Below are positions 20,201 to 28,442 of a stretch of 64,000 bases of DNA, one piece after another. The notes beneath the pieces were generated by a model, which saw only the letters and a program-made list of their open reading frames with translations, had not been told where the DNA came from and did not search any database. Origin of the DNA: a virus (lineage: Duplodnaviria; Caudoviricetes); IMG/VR virus record IMGVR_UViG_3300025715_000009, positions 224,001-288,000 of that record; one strand, 5' to 3'. A program made the position numbers and the translations under genes. The first letter of the stretch is position 1, and the number at the start of each line of letters is the position of its first letter.

Positions 20201-21161
20201 CAATGAATTGCCATACTTCTTGTAATTTATTTTTTATATCTTGTAAAAGAGTATCTAAATTAGAATCATAATAATCTCTGTGGATATATTGATATCCTGG
20301 TGGTCTTGTTCCGCCTGTTGCTTGATCTTGGGCAATAGTTAAATTATTTTCAAAATCATATGATCCATTACCAAAACTATAACTACCATTTTGCCATTCA
20401 CCTTCAGTTCCATATCCTCCAGATGTAGAAGAATAATTAATAACATCAGCGAATCTATTTCCTAAAATTGTATCTGGTATAATAGTTGTATAAGATGGAG
20501 CAGATCCTCCTTCTTCTATTTCACCAGTAATTGGTCCTAATGGTGATTTATCCCCAATAATAGATAATGCATCATTTATCTTCCCAATTGTTTGATTAGT
20601 ATCATTTGGCGGATAAGAATAAGATCCACCTATTAAAACTTTATCTCTATTATCTAAAAATGTAGAAGATGTATAATCATATTCACCCTTGGCTGCCTGT
20701 TGATTTATTGTTATCCCAGATTCTGCTTTGCCTTCAAAACCAGCAGCATTACCCACAAAATATCCAGATTTATATGCTGTTCCAGACATTACTTGTTCTG
20801 CTGTTGTTGTTAAATCAGATCTTTTATATGCTGTATTTTGAGCAGCGCCTCCATTAGGGATTTCTTCGTTATTAGTTATTGGGTTATTTCTTACTTTGCC
20901 ATTGATCTTATATATAATTTCATAATAGCAGCGTATCAATCCTTCAACACCTAATTGTGTCCAATCTATTTGAGAAGATTTAGATCCACCAAAGAGTTGA
21001 GATAAGTTAAAATCATCTTCTTCAGAAGATGATTCAATTTCAGGGGATGCGCTTCCATCTCGAGCCCATAAGAGATTTATTTTTTGTTGGACTGCTCGTG
21101 AACGAGTTTCTTTGATCTTTCTTTTTTTCTCTTCTATACTAATCGCCATTATTTTCTCCAA
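17205..21161 (-). CDS. Large virion structural protein (1318 aa)
   Basis: Long ORF in tail module; VFVNGVL..DDYII and DHDARY segments resemble neighbouring fibres; FN3-like segment. True start may be ATG at 21149. Confidence 0.6.
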   Translation of the reverse strand: MEKIMAISIEEKKRKIKETRSRAVQQKINLLWARDGSASPEIESSSEEDDFNLSQLFGGSKSSQIDWTQLGVEGLIRCYYEIIYKINGKVRNNPITNNEEIPNGGAAQNTAYKRSDLTTTAEQVMSGTAYKSGYFVGNAAGFEGKAESGITINQQAAKGEYDYTSSTFLDNRDKVLIGGSYSYPPNDTNQTIGKINDALSIIGDKSPLGPITGEIEEGGSAPSYTTIIPDTILGNRFADVINYSSTSGGYGTEGEWQNGSYSFGNGSYDFENNLTIAQDQATGGTRPPGYQYIHRDYYDSNLDTLLQDIKNKLQEVWQFIEYTKVNYDNFFMNPSVIPGRDDNWSQQVGWQASITNMISIIDTYLTDKVGKNRLELDALIIGLKTSLNNIITTLSTMASQIDTVFGNDVSDASTLYGFRTLWIKNLIDVQNGGSKITLVSIGSSIEDADKKIAQTEESFGIIGVTLKEDSFSTQKYWDKGIATPIIGGIETHMSLDQRQYLDDEQTIVNEDYLQMIPDGLILAWEETAHATAYTVYKSNDYDPISGTGTWIALIPSGQTYTIENIDINTGKVLSYYIDYDVDFEAEENPYYKVQAFDIGQKATNNWWWYGATSEISDAKSADDFISTPSSGTNIPGMSGPPPARPDELPDYLFKYATIKLGSQSTDSPINKTYKSDVEFDSIGSNLEVFVNGVLKHKTDDYIILNSTDIQFLTPTNPTDKITLIVYFGSSSGSGSWKAPVATMAQRPSINNNDGDVILVLENNTLYSWDESEGQWYEIKGAGSSLTHTDLSDMPDTNGLNADHDARYPRREEVNTLLSTLQTQLDNLSYLIPDNAIPLTAHLTITNTPYYTGYLSGGQVNTFRTLSAYQQYNKIVVGDLFVLESTNKSAEFSDADKGVFSLYINDTLADSINLGDRFIESERGQQQSWTPYISPLGKIEIISIAPYNNFGQYQKCDFKLNISKTSLTPGENKINLYHIVNGETRSVPDFIFFWDATPTNIFFDNYVLTESLLGSQKYLSGVRYYSIGDKLNLQFTAQSLFNNTYIKGAQIEANCSELGVTPFSFDYTSQYTTTDGIAPVTPNTLMPIIYKNSISLNQINIYSTSPIIKLKGNQPHRSIENTKLFQNVLINTWTKAADDKHEYFIDEKYRLPVEEYNTTPANYQDLWNSRIILGNKDLLLYDKKLAYPGINFLSGYYPNQTINYSGLTGERHYIRAFIDSGEPHNNGIFTIKDNIFDNQYIKIMMKLSGQTGWLDLKKPYNEADFHGADNDGCLVEYSGNNFKWTSGGYSTALSGYMIILRVTMSSAYAPPIEEISINW

Positions 21162-21399
21162 AAATTGTCATAACCATATCTCTATATTGTAATGGAGTTA
21201 AATTTCCCATTGTTATTTTTTGTAATCCATCTGGTTTTTGTTTTACAACTTCATAGCGCCATACATTCCATGCTTCACTATAATAAAGATATATAATTTT
21301 ATTATTTATTATATAGTAATGATGAACCATATCATCTAATTGAGGATCGCCATAATTATCAGGGCTTACTATGTCTTCTTTTTCATAATAAATTGTCAT
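21139..21399 (-). CDS. Small hypothetical protein, C-terminal 'xxIF' helix family
   Basis: Ends YRDMVMTIFGE. Confidence 0.6.
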   Translation of the reverse strand: MTIYYEKEDIVSPDNYGDPQLDDMVHHYYIINNKIIYLYYSEAWNVWRYEVVKQKPDGLQKITMGNLTPLQYRDMVMTIFGENNGD

Positions 21400-21401
21400 T
21401 A

Positions 21402-21653
21402 TTACATCAAAATCCTATATTCAAATAAGTGTTTTATAACCATACTATAAAAATCTTGAGATAAAGAACTCAGATCCAACTCCTTACAAGTTTCATCCAT
21501 AACAGGTCTTGATAATTCATTAGTATATATACTTACATTTTCAAGATGTTTTAATGGTTTTGACATTTTTAAAAAACCGAGAACTTTTTCGCCTAAGAAT
21601 ATATAATAAATATCAAAACCATATTTGCTAATTTGTTTAAAATATACTTTCAT
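21402..21653 (-). CDS. Small hypothetical protein, C-terminal 'xxIF' helix family
   Basis: Ends YSMVIKHLFEY; CAAGATAA 4 nt before ATG. Confidence 0.6.
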   Translation of the reverse strand: MKVYFKQISKYGFDIYYIFLGEKVLGFLKMSKPLKHLENVSIYTNELSRPVMDETCKELDLSSLSQDFYSMVIKHLFEYRILM

Positions 21654-21675
21654 AAAATTATCTTGCTGGTTTTTA

Positions 21676-22653
21676 TTAAATTAAACCAGCACCTTGTAAA
21701 ATACTCACATCGGCTGATGATTCTAATTTTGCGGCTAATTTTGGTGATGCTGTACTCATTGATTGAATATATAAAAGAGTAGCACAAAGTGGAATACCAA
21801 GAGGTAAAATAGTGGGTGTTACAACCCATTTAGTATATGCTTTACGCATTGCCTTTATAAACTCACTTTCTTTTGGGATAGGTGGAGTATTTGGCAGTTC
21901 TGGAGATAAAGGAAGATCTGGATAAGGCGGAACTGCTACTTCAAATAGATCGGCCAATTCTACATCTTGATCCCAATCATTTGGGATAGTCATACTTGCT
22001 AATTCTTTTTTTTCATCTATTTCTCTTTTCAGTGGAGTTTGACGTAATTCAATGGTTATAATCTCAACAGATATTTTTATTATTTCTGCAAGCCAATTAT
22101 CGTGTATAGAAATGGATTCTAACAATCTATCTCTTTCTATTATATTACCTTCTGTCTCTGCGATTTTTGCTTTATTTCTAATTTCAAATATAACGTTGTT
22201 ATATTTTTTCATTTCGCTTTCTTGTTTTGCCTGTAATTCTGGAATTGTTTTGCTATTAGTATCATATTCTGCTTGTAAATCTTTTAATTCATCTTTTATC
22301 TCTTGTTGTCTATCTTGTAAATCAGAATATAATTTATCAGCTGATATTCTTCTTTGATTTTCTGCCTTGGTTTTTTCTGCCTCATATTTTTGCATTAATG
22401 ATTGAGATAACTTGGATAAGTCCTCAAAACTCTTGAACATCATTGCCTCTATCTTAGTCATAGTAATTGATAATGCTATGCCAAATGGAATGACAGGTAA
22501 AACACCAGGTAAAAATGGAATTGGCTGAAGAGAGGAACTTGCCACTTGAGCCTGGGAGATGGCATCAATCGTGGCAGACGGTTTTGCAGGCATACCCCTT
22601 GAGGATGTCTTGCCCATTTTAATCGATTGACTTACTTGTGGAATTATTGGCAT
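21676..22653 (-). CDS. Hypothetical coiled-coil protein in baseplate region
   Basis: Long heptad region flanked by Pro-rich segments. Confidence 0.6.
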   Translation of the reverse strand: MPIIPQVSQSIKMGKTSSRGMPAKPSATIDAISQAQVASSSLQPIPFLPGVLPVIPFGIALSITMTKIEAMMFKSFEDLSKLSQSLMQKYEAEKTKAENQRRISADKLYSDLQDRQQEIKDELKDLQAEYDTNSKTIPELQAKQESEMKKYNNVIFEIRNKAKIAETEGNIIERDRLLESISIHDNWLAEIIKISVEIITIELRQTPLKREIDEKKELASMTIPNDWDQDVELADLFEVAVPPYPDLPLSPELPNTPPIPKESEFIKAMRKAYTKWVVTPTILPLGIPLCATLLYIQSMSTASPKLAAKLESSADVSILQGAGLI

Positions 22654-22807
22654 TTTGCTCCCTTATTTTATAATCAATTTCTTGTTTCCAATATTCTATA
22701 GCATTACACAGATTATTATCTGTTATAATAAAAGATGGCTCTATATTTTCAATCATCCATAAATTATTCTGTTGATATATTTTACAAACAAAGTTTCTAT
22801 AGTTCAT
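22619..22807 (-). CDS. Hypothetical protein
   Basis: Fills gap in co-directional operon. Confidence 0.45.
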   Translation of the reverse strand: MNYRNFVCKIYQQNNLWMIENIEPSFIITDNNLCNAIEYWKQEIDYKIREQNANNSTSKSID

Positions 22808-23036
22808 AATTATAATTAAATAAAGAATCTATAATACTATGTTTATATTTATTTTCTATAAAATCTAATGATATTTCTTTACTTACTGCTTTTAACATAT
22901 TTAAAAGAAATGCATCATAAGTTCTAATTATAGGAACTTGATAAGATGTATATATTATTATATATAATGATTTATTCTTTGTAAAAAGAGGAATAATAAT
23001 TTCATCAGCCAGATCATTTCTTTTATATGCTATCAT
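22797..23036 (-). CDS. Small hypothetical protein, C-terminal 'xxIF' helix family
   Basis: Ends KHSIIDSLFNY; 4-bp overlap with upstream gene. Confidence 0.55.
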   Translation of the reverse strand: MIAYKRNDLADEIIIPLFTKNKSLYIIIYTSYQVPIIRTYDAFLLNMLKAVSKEISLDFIENKYKHSIIDSLFNYNYEL

Positions 23037-23947
23037 TCTAACTTTACCTTTTTAGAATCTATTTTAACTCTTGCTCTTGGTGGTGGTCCTGATGGGCCTG
23101 ATGGTGTTGGATGTGTATGTGAGGCATATGTCTGATTTATGAAATCTCTTAATGGTTCAAATAAAACTGCCTTGTTAGAGTTGCCACCTAACTCTATTTT
23201 ATCGGCATCAACAACCATCTTCTTGCCTGTTATTTTTATATTACCATTTTTGTCAATTAATATAGATGTTTCACCACTTGAATCTATATTTACACCATCT
23301 TGATTTATTGTAATAAAAGATTCTTTACCGCCATAATTGGCAATCAATTGACTTTCGCTCTCTGTCATATTCAATTCTGAATAATCTTCAGCATTAGAAT
23401 TAAATCTTATAGTTATTTTATCATCTGTTAAAGTTATAATCTGATAATTAGGTTCTGCTTTTACATCATAATTTTCTTTCTTGTATTCATAATTATCACC
23501 TTGTTTGACCTTAGCAAGAGTAAATTCGCCTTTACTCATTTTTAATATATTTTCTACTTTATTTTCAGGATCATCCAAATCCTGATTTTCAAAACTATTA
23601 TTTTGTGTCTTAATAATAAAATCATTTATTGGATTATCTGCTTCAACTACTCCTGCTACAACATCTGCATCACCTATATTATCTGCTTTAGATTTATCCC
23701 AAGGCATTAATTTAGATCCAACCCAAACTGGTCTTTTACTGTCTCCACCTTTATACATAATATAACCAGATGCCCCAATTGGAGGGACCCATTGCATAGC
23801 CATATTAGGAAGCCCGCCTATTGGAGTGAGTATTTCTGCGAATGCTGGTGTTCTCATTTCTGAGACTTGAACCTTTATTTCTCCTGTTTCTGCAAATTTT
23901 GAATTATCAATAACATAAGCAGGAACAATATACGCTTTTTCTTGCAT
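23033..23947 (-). CDS. Baseplate central spike (gp5/gpV/VgrG-like)
   Basis: N-terminal OB-fold (GEIKVQV...WVPPIG...PVWVG), beta-helix, C-terminal HTH metal-binding apex (SHTHPTPSGPSGPP). Confidence 0.8.
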   Translation of the reverse strand: MQEKAYIVPAYVIDNSKFAETGEIKVQVSEMRTPAFAEILTPIGGLPNMAMQWVPPIGASGYIMYKGGDSKRPVWVGSKLMPWDKSKADNIGDADVVAGVVEADNPINDFIIKTQNNSFENQDLDDPENKVENILKMSKGEFTLAKVKQGDNYEYKKENYDVKAEPNYQIITLTDDKITIRFNSNAEDYSELNMTESESQLIANYGGKESFITINQDGVNIDSSGETSILIDKNGNIKITGKKMVVDADKIELGGNSNKAVLFEPLRDFINQTYASHTHPTPSGPSGPPPRARVKIDSKKVKLE

Positions 23948-24279
23948 TATACCTCATTTAGTTTGCTGTGATGCGGAATTAATATTTTTTTACCAGCAGT
24001 AACATCTTTAATTGGATCTTCTATATTATTATATTGTGCTATTACCCAATCATATACTGCTGTTCCATAAAACTTAATGCTAACTAAATCAAGACGATGT
24101 TCCATGCCTTTTGGTATTACAAAATATTCATCTTGAGCATCAGATATAATATTATCAATTGGTGAAAAATTATAAAATGCTACTCTATTTTGATTAATTG
24201 ATTCATCAAAAATAATACCATAGTGTTTCATTCTACTTGTTTTACTATATGATGGAACTTTAGATTTACTATCAATCAT
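23947..24279 (-). CDS. Baseplate wedge LysM-like protein (gp53/gpX-like)
   Basis: HRLDLVSIKFYG...WVIAQYNNIEDP...GKKILIP. Confidence 0.8.
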   Translation of the reverse strand: MIDSKSKVPSYSKTSRMKHYGIIFDESINQNRVAFYNFSPIDNIISDAQDEYFVIPKGMEHRLDLVSIKFYGTAVYDWVIAQYNNIEDPIKDVTAGKKILIPHHSKLNEV

Positions 24280-24281
24280 AA

Positions 24282-27200
24282 TTATCCTCTTTGTGCATTA
24301 TAATTACCTATATTATCTATAACAGAAGTACGAATATCTTGATAATCTCCCCAATCGTGGAAGATTTCTTTTAGTGTCATTGATATATCAAATCCTCTTG
24401 GGAAGTTAGATGCAGTATATCCTAATTCTTGTATTGGATCAATTGATATATCTTCACAAACCCATCTTGAGAAGAGTGTTCTATTAGCATCTTCTTTGCC
24501 ATCTTCATTATATGTATGAATTGCTCCTTTTTTAGTATGACGAACAAATAAACCATTAAAATCAATAATGATTACAGGTGGGACTGCTAAATTAGGATTA
24601 GACATATCCATAGGGAGGACAAGTGATCTATATTTTTCTACTGTTTTATGAACATATGATGCTGTCCATTGACTTAACCAAGTATCATAAACAGGATTAT
24701 TTTCTAACTTAGGAATATTTTTTGTAGGTCTTGAACTATCTCTAACATCAGGACCACTTGTTACAATATAAGATGTTTTTAAATTAATTTGTCTTGATGA
24801 AGTGTTTGTCCAAATAAAGAATTCATTTGTTCTACCATATCCAGTATGTGAAGACCAAGATGCTTGACGAGATTCAGCTGTTATTTCTGGATTAAATTGA
24901 AGTGGAATGATAAATAATGTTTTTTCAAGAGAAGGATCAGATTTTGCGTGTGTGCTACTTAACCATCTATTTTCACCGTTTGGAGCTGGTACATATGGAT
25001 TTGGATTGACAATAATTCTACCAATACTATTCTCCATTTTATTCTTTAAATCTTGCTTCCACTTATCAATATCATCTCTTTGTCTGATGTCGTGTCTATT
25101 AGTTGTTGTAAATATTTCTTTGTTAAAAGTTATATTTTTTTGATCTACTCTTGGTGAGAAATCAGTTATTTCAAGCTCATTTTTATTTAAACCTGGACCT
25201 TTAGCTGGATTAAGAGTATTTGCGATATCTTTAACAATACTATCATAAATTCCATATGATTGAATTGTTCCATCGGCGAGAAAATCATTTAAATTTCTAT
25301 TATCTGTGTTATGCCCATTTAAATTATAACTTCCATAATTTGTATATAAATCTGGTAGTGGTCCATATTTATACCACTCATTATCATTTGCTATTTTTTC
25401 ATCAAAATAAGCATCTTTTATAAGTGGATTTATATTTGCTTTTATTTCTGTATCACCAACATCATAATATTCTTGATAGACTGATGGTTCTATTGAAATA
25501 GAGTTATCAATATTATGAGCATTAATTCCAGAATATGATTCGATAATAGTTTTATATTTATCCCAATTCCAAGCAAAAATTGAATTACTTGAATCTCTTG
25601 CAGAATAATCTTCTTGTTTATATTCAGCTTTATATTTTGCCCAAATATCTTTTATTTGAGAACTTGATTCTACTTTAATTAAATCTGATAAAGAATAAGT
25701 TTTTCCGTCTTTAGTAAAAGTATCATCTGTATAATAAACATTGGTTTTATTTATTTCTCCATATCCTTCTAATGTTTTTATATTACTTTTGATTGAGCCT
25801 TCAATAAAAAATCTACTTTTTTTTGATATATTTGATATATTATCATTAAATGCTTTTTTAGCACTTCTTTGAGTAACTGAAAAATCATATCCATTCACAT
25901 TTGTTTCATTAATTAAAGCTGAAGATATATGTGGATCATTAAAATTATCATTAGAATATTTTTTTAAATTTTTATTTTGTATGTCAAAAACAGTTCTTTG
26001 ATCACTGAAAGATGTAGAATATGAATATATACCACTTTGAGAAGAATATGGTAAATAATTTGATTTTGATATGTTTTCATTCAACTTCTTCTCAAAATCT
26101 ATCATCTGCCCAATCATTATTTTTAATTGATTTTCTTGAGCATTTGATGTATTTAATTGATTATATCTGGATAATAGTTTTTCATTTAATTCATTCTCAT
26201 CAAATTTTGTTTTATCAGAAAGTATATCACTTATACCTGCAATTTGAATTTTTAAAGTATTAATATAATCACCATAACTTTTATATTTTGCAGCAGGTGA
26301 ATAAGAAATAGGTTGATTTGAATATGGATATAAGGCATTAATAAATTGATCTTTTTTTATTTCACCACGAATATTTTCATCAATTGAACCTTTAGTAAAT
26401 GCAGGTATATTTTGTCCTGCAGAATCAGCAATGTTTTTAAGTTGTGGAGAATTAACTGCTCTTAATGTTTGATCTTTATCTGATGAATTAATTTTACCAT
26501 TTATAAAAACAGTATCTAAAACATTATTAGCCACGGCTCTAAATGCATTGATTGCTAAATGTCTTGCTATATTAGTATTATCATCAGCATTAGTCCCAGC
26601 TTGTTTGTTATCTCGTGGCGTTAGAGATATAGCAGCATTAGATCCTTTTATAGCATTTGTAAGATTAGTATTATCAAAATTGTTTGTAAGTGGTAAAGCA
26701 TTGTTGAAAGCAACAGATAAAAGATCTGAATTAAGACCAAGGCGTTTTTCTTGGATTTTTAATAATCCAATTGGTCGTGCTAATGAATAAATTGAAGCCC
26801 AGTTTATACCTCTAATTTTTTCTTTGTCTGTATCTTGTCTGTCTGGTCTATATGCAATAGTAGCATCTTCTAATTCTGTTATAATAACTGGTTCTTGTGC
26901 TTCACCAAACTCATCAGATATTTTTCTATCTCTTTCAGTGGGTCCTAATTCTCTTGTAGAGAAATCAATATTTAAATTAATATCTTTTTGACCATCTTCA
27001 ATTGTATGCTCTGATAAATCGGATCTATCTTGTGATGTTCTATTATTAATATTGTCTGGTTGATAATAAATAGGATCTTGTGTTTTCTTTGGTCTTTCTG
27101 TATTAGTAAAAGATCTTGTTGTATGATCTGATTCTGATTGTTGTGCTTTATCATTTTGATCAAGTGTATTAGAAGAAAATTCAATATCTGTTTTTATGCT

Positions 27201-28442
27201 ATTTTCAAATTCTTGTAATATATTATTATATGATAAATTATTATTTTGTTTAATAGAAGATTTGGTTGTAATTTTACCATTGTTATATTCTAAATTTGTA
27301 TCAATGAAAGATATATTTTCTACTTTTAATGGATCTATTGTAGATTCAGCGGTTATTCCATCTATACCAGATTTTAATTTTCTATTTGGATCAAAATCTT
27401 TTTCACTTTCTTTTTCTATATTTGTAGTATTATATTGAATAGATTTTTCTGATTTTTGCAAATCAGGGAAATATACATCCCCAATTGTTTGTTGTATTGG
27501 CTTTTCTGAATTTTGTAAACCAGGAAGATAAGTATCCCCTATGGTTTGCTCCCACTCTTTATATTGTCTTACACCAGATCCAAATGCTGACTTCTCATCT
27601 TTATTTGGATTTGAAATAGACATTTCTTTTTCTATCTCTTGTTTTTTATTAAGTCTTTCATTTGATATAATTCTTTGCTCTTGTTTTTTAGACTCAACAA
27701 GCGGAATATATTCTTTTGTTGTTTTTTGTGAAATTGGATTATTTGTTGTTATTTCATCTTCTTGTTTTGTAAATCCAGGATCTTGAATATTGGTATTCAC
27801 TTCTTGTTTTTTAACGGAAGATGGTGTAGAAGTCTCAACTTCTTGTTTAATATTACGAGTATTATCATCCTCCACTTCTACATTTGCTTTTGTATTATGA
27901 TCAAGATTGTTAAAAACATTCATTTCTAATTTAGAAGTATGAGATCTATTTTTCAATTGCAATTCTATTTTGCGTCTTTGTGCTTCTGGAGTATTTACAT
28001 TATTCTCTTGTTTTTGTGAATGTAAAGAAGTAGCATCAATATTTGCGTCAACTTTGCTTGCTAATCTTGAAATATCCTCTTCTAATTCTTTATGTTTAAT
28101 TGCTCTATCATATGAAGTTGAGACTTCTGCACCATCTTTATATTTTCTATTATCTATTTCTTGCAATGTAGATATAGATTTTTGTTGTGCTTCATTATTT
28201 AATAAAATATCGTTTAATTCTTTTTGTTGTTTTTGTCCAATTGAATTAATGTCAACTATACTTTTTTCTTTTCTCACACCAAATGAGCCTATTGTTCTAA
28301 GAGTTTTTTTATTGCCTGTATCAAGAGGTGTTATTGGAGACAGATCTTTATTTCTATGTTTTTCTGGTAGAGTATTTTCTATTCTCTTATATTCACTATC
28401 TGTTCCTACAATATCACCAGGTTTTGTCTCTTGATTAGACAT
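24282..28442 (-). CDS. 1386-aa tail protein: long polar N-terminus plus C-terminal tube-initiator-like domain
   Basis: C-terminal IPLQFNPEITAESRQASWS...GRTNEFFIW...RQINLK...PPVIII...FDISMTLKE; lies between tape measure and LysM-like genes. Confidence 0.6.
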   Translation of the reverse strand: MSNQETKPGDIVGTDSEYKRIENTLPEKHRNKDLSPITPLDTGNKKTLRTIGSFGVRKEKSIVDINSIGQKQQKELNDILLNNEAQQKSISTLQEIDNRKYKDGAEVSTSYDRAIKHKELEEDISRLASKVDANIDATSLHSQKQENNVNTPEAQRRKIELQLKNRSHTSKLEMNVFNNLDHNTKANVEVEDDNTRNIKQEVETSTPSSVKKQEVNTNIQDPGFTKQEDEITTNNPISQKTTKEYIPLVESKKQEQRIISNERLNKKQEIEKEMSISNPNKDEKSAFGSGVRQYKEWEQTIGDTYLPGLQNSEKPIQQTIGDVYFPDLQKSEKSIQYNTTNIEKESEKDFDPNRKLKSGIDGITAESTIDPLKVENISFIDTNLEYNNGKITTKSSIKQNNNLSYNNILQEFENSIKTDIEFSSNTLDQNDKAQQSESDHTTRSFTNTERPKKTQDPIYYQPDNINNRTSQDRSDLSEHTIEDGQKDINLNIDFSTRELGPTERDRKISDEFGEAQEPVIITELEDATIAYRPDRQDTDKEKIRGINWASIYSLARPIGLLKIQEKRLGLNSDLLSVAFNNALPLTNNFDNTNLTNAIKGSNAAISLTPRDNKQAGTNADDNTNIARHLAINAFRAVANNVLDTVFINGKINSSDKDQTLRAVNSPQLKNIADSAGQNIPAFTKGSIDENIRGEIKKDQFINALYPYSNQPISYSPAAKYKSYGDYINTLKIQIAGISDILSDKTKFDENELNEKLLSRYNQLNTSNAQENQLKIMIGQMIDFEKKLNENISKSNYLPYSSQSGIYSYSTSFSDQRTVFDIQNKNLKKYSNDNFNDPHISSALINETNVNGYDFSVTQRSAKKAFNDNISNISKKSRFFIEGSIKSNIKTLEGYGEINKTNVYYTDDTFTKDGKTYSLSDLIKVESSSQIKDIWAKYKAEYKQEDYSARDSSNSIFAWNWDKYKTIIESYSGINAHNIDNSISIEPSVYQEYYDVGDTEIKANINPLIKDAYFDEKIANDNEWYKYGPLPDLYTNYGSYNLNGHNTDNRNLNDFLADGTIQSYGIYDSIVKDIANTLNPAKGPGLNKNELEITDFSPRVDQKNITFNKEIFTTTNRHDIRQRDDIDKWKQDLKNKMENSIGRIIVNPNPYVPAPNGENRWLSSTHAKSDPSLEKTLFIIPLQFNPEITAESRQASWSSHTGYGRTNEFFIWTNTSSRQINLKTSYIVTSGPDVRDSSRPTKNIPKLENNPVYDTWLSQWTASYVHKTVEKYRSLVLPMDMSNPNLAVPPVIIIDFNGLFVRHTKKGAIHTYNEDGKEDANRTLFSRWVCEDISIDPIQELGYTASNFPRGFDISMTLKEIFHDWGDYQDIRTSVIDNIGNYNAQRG

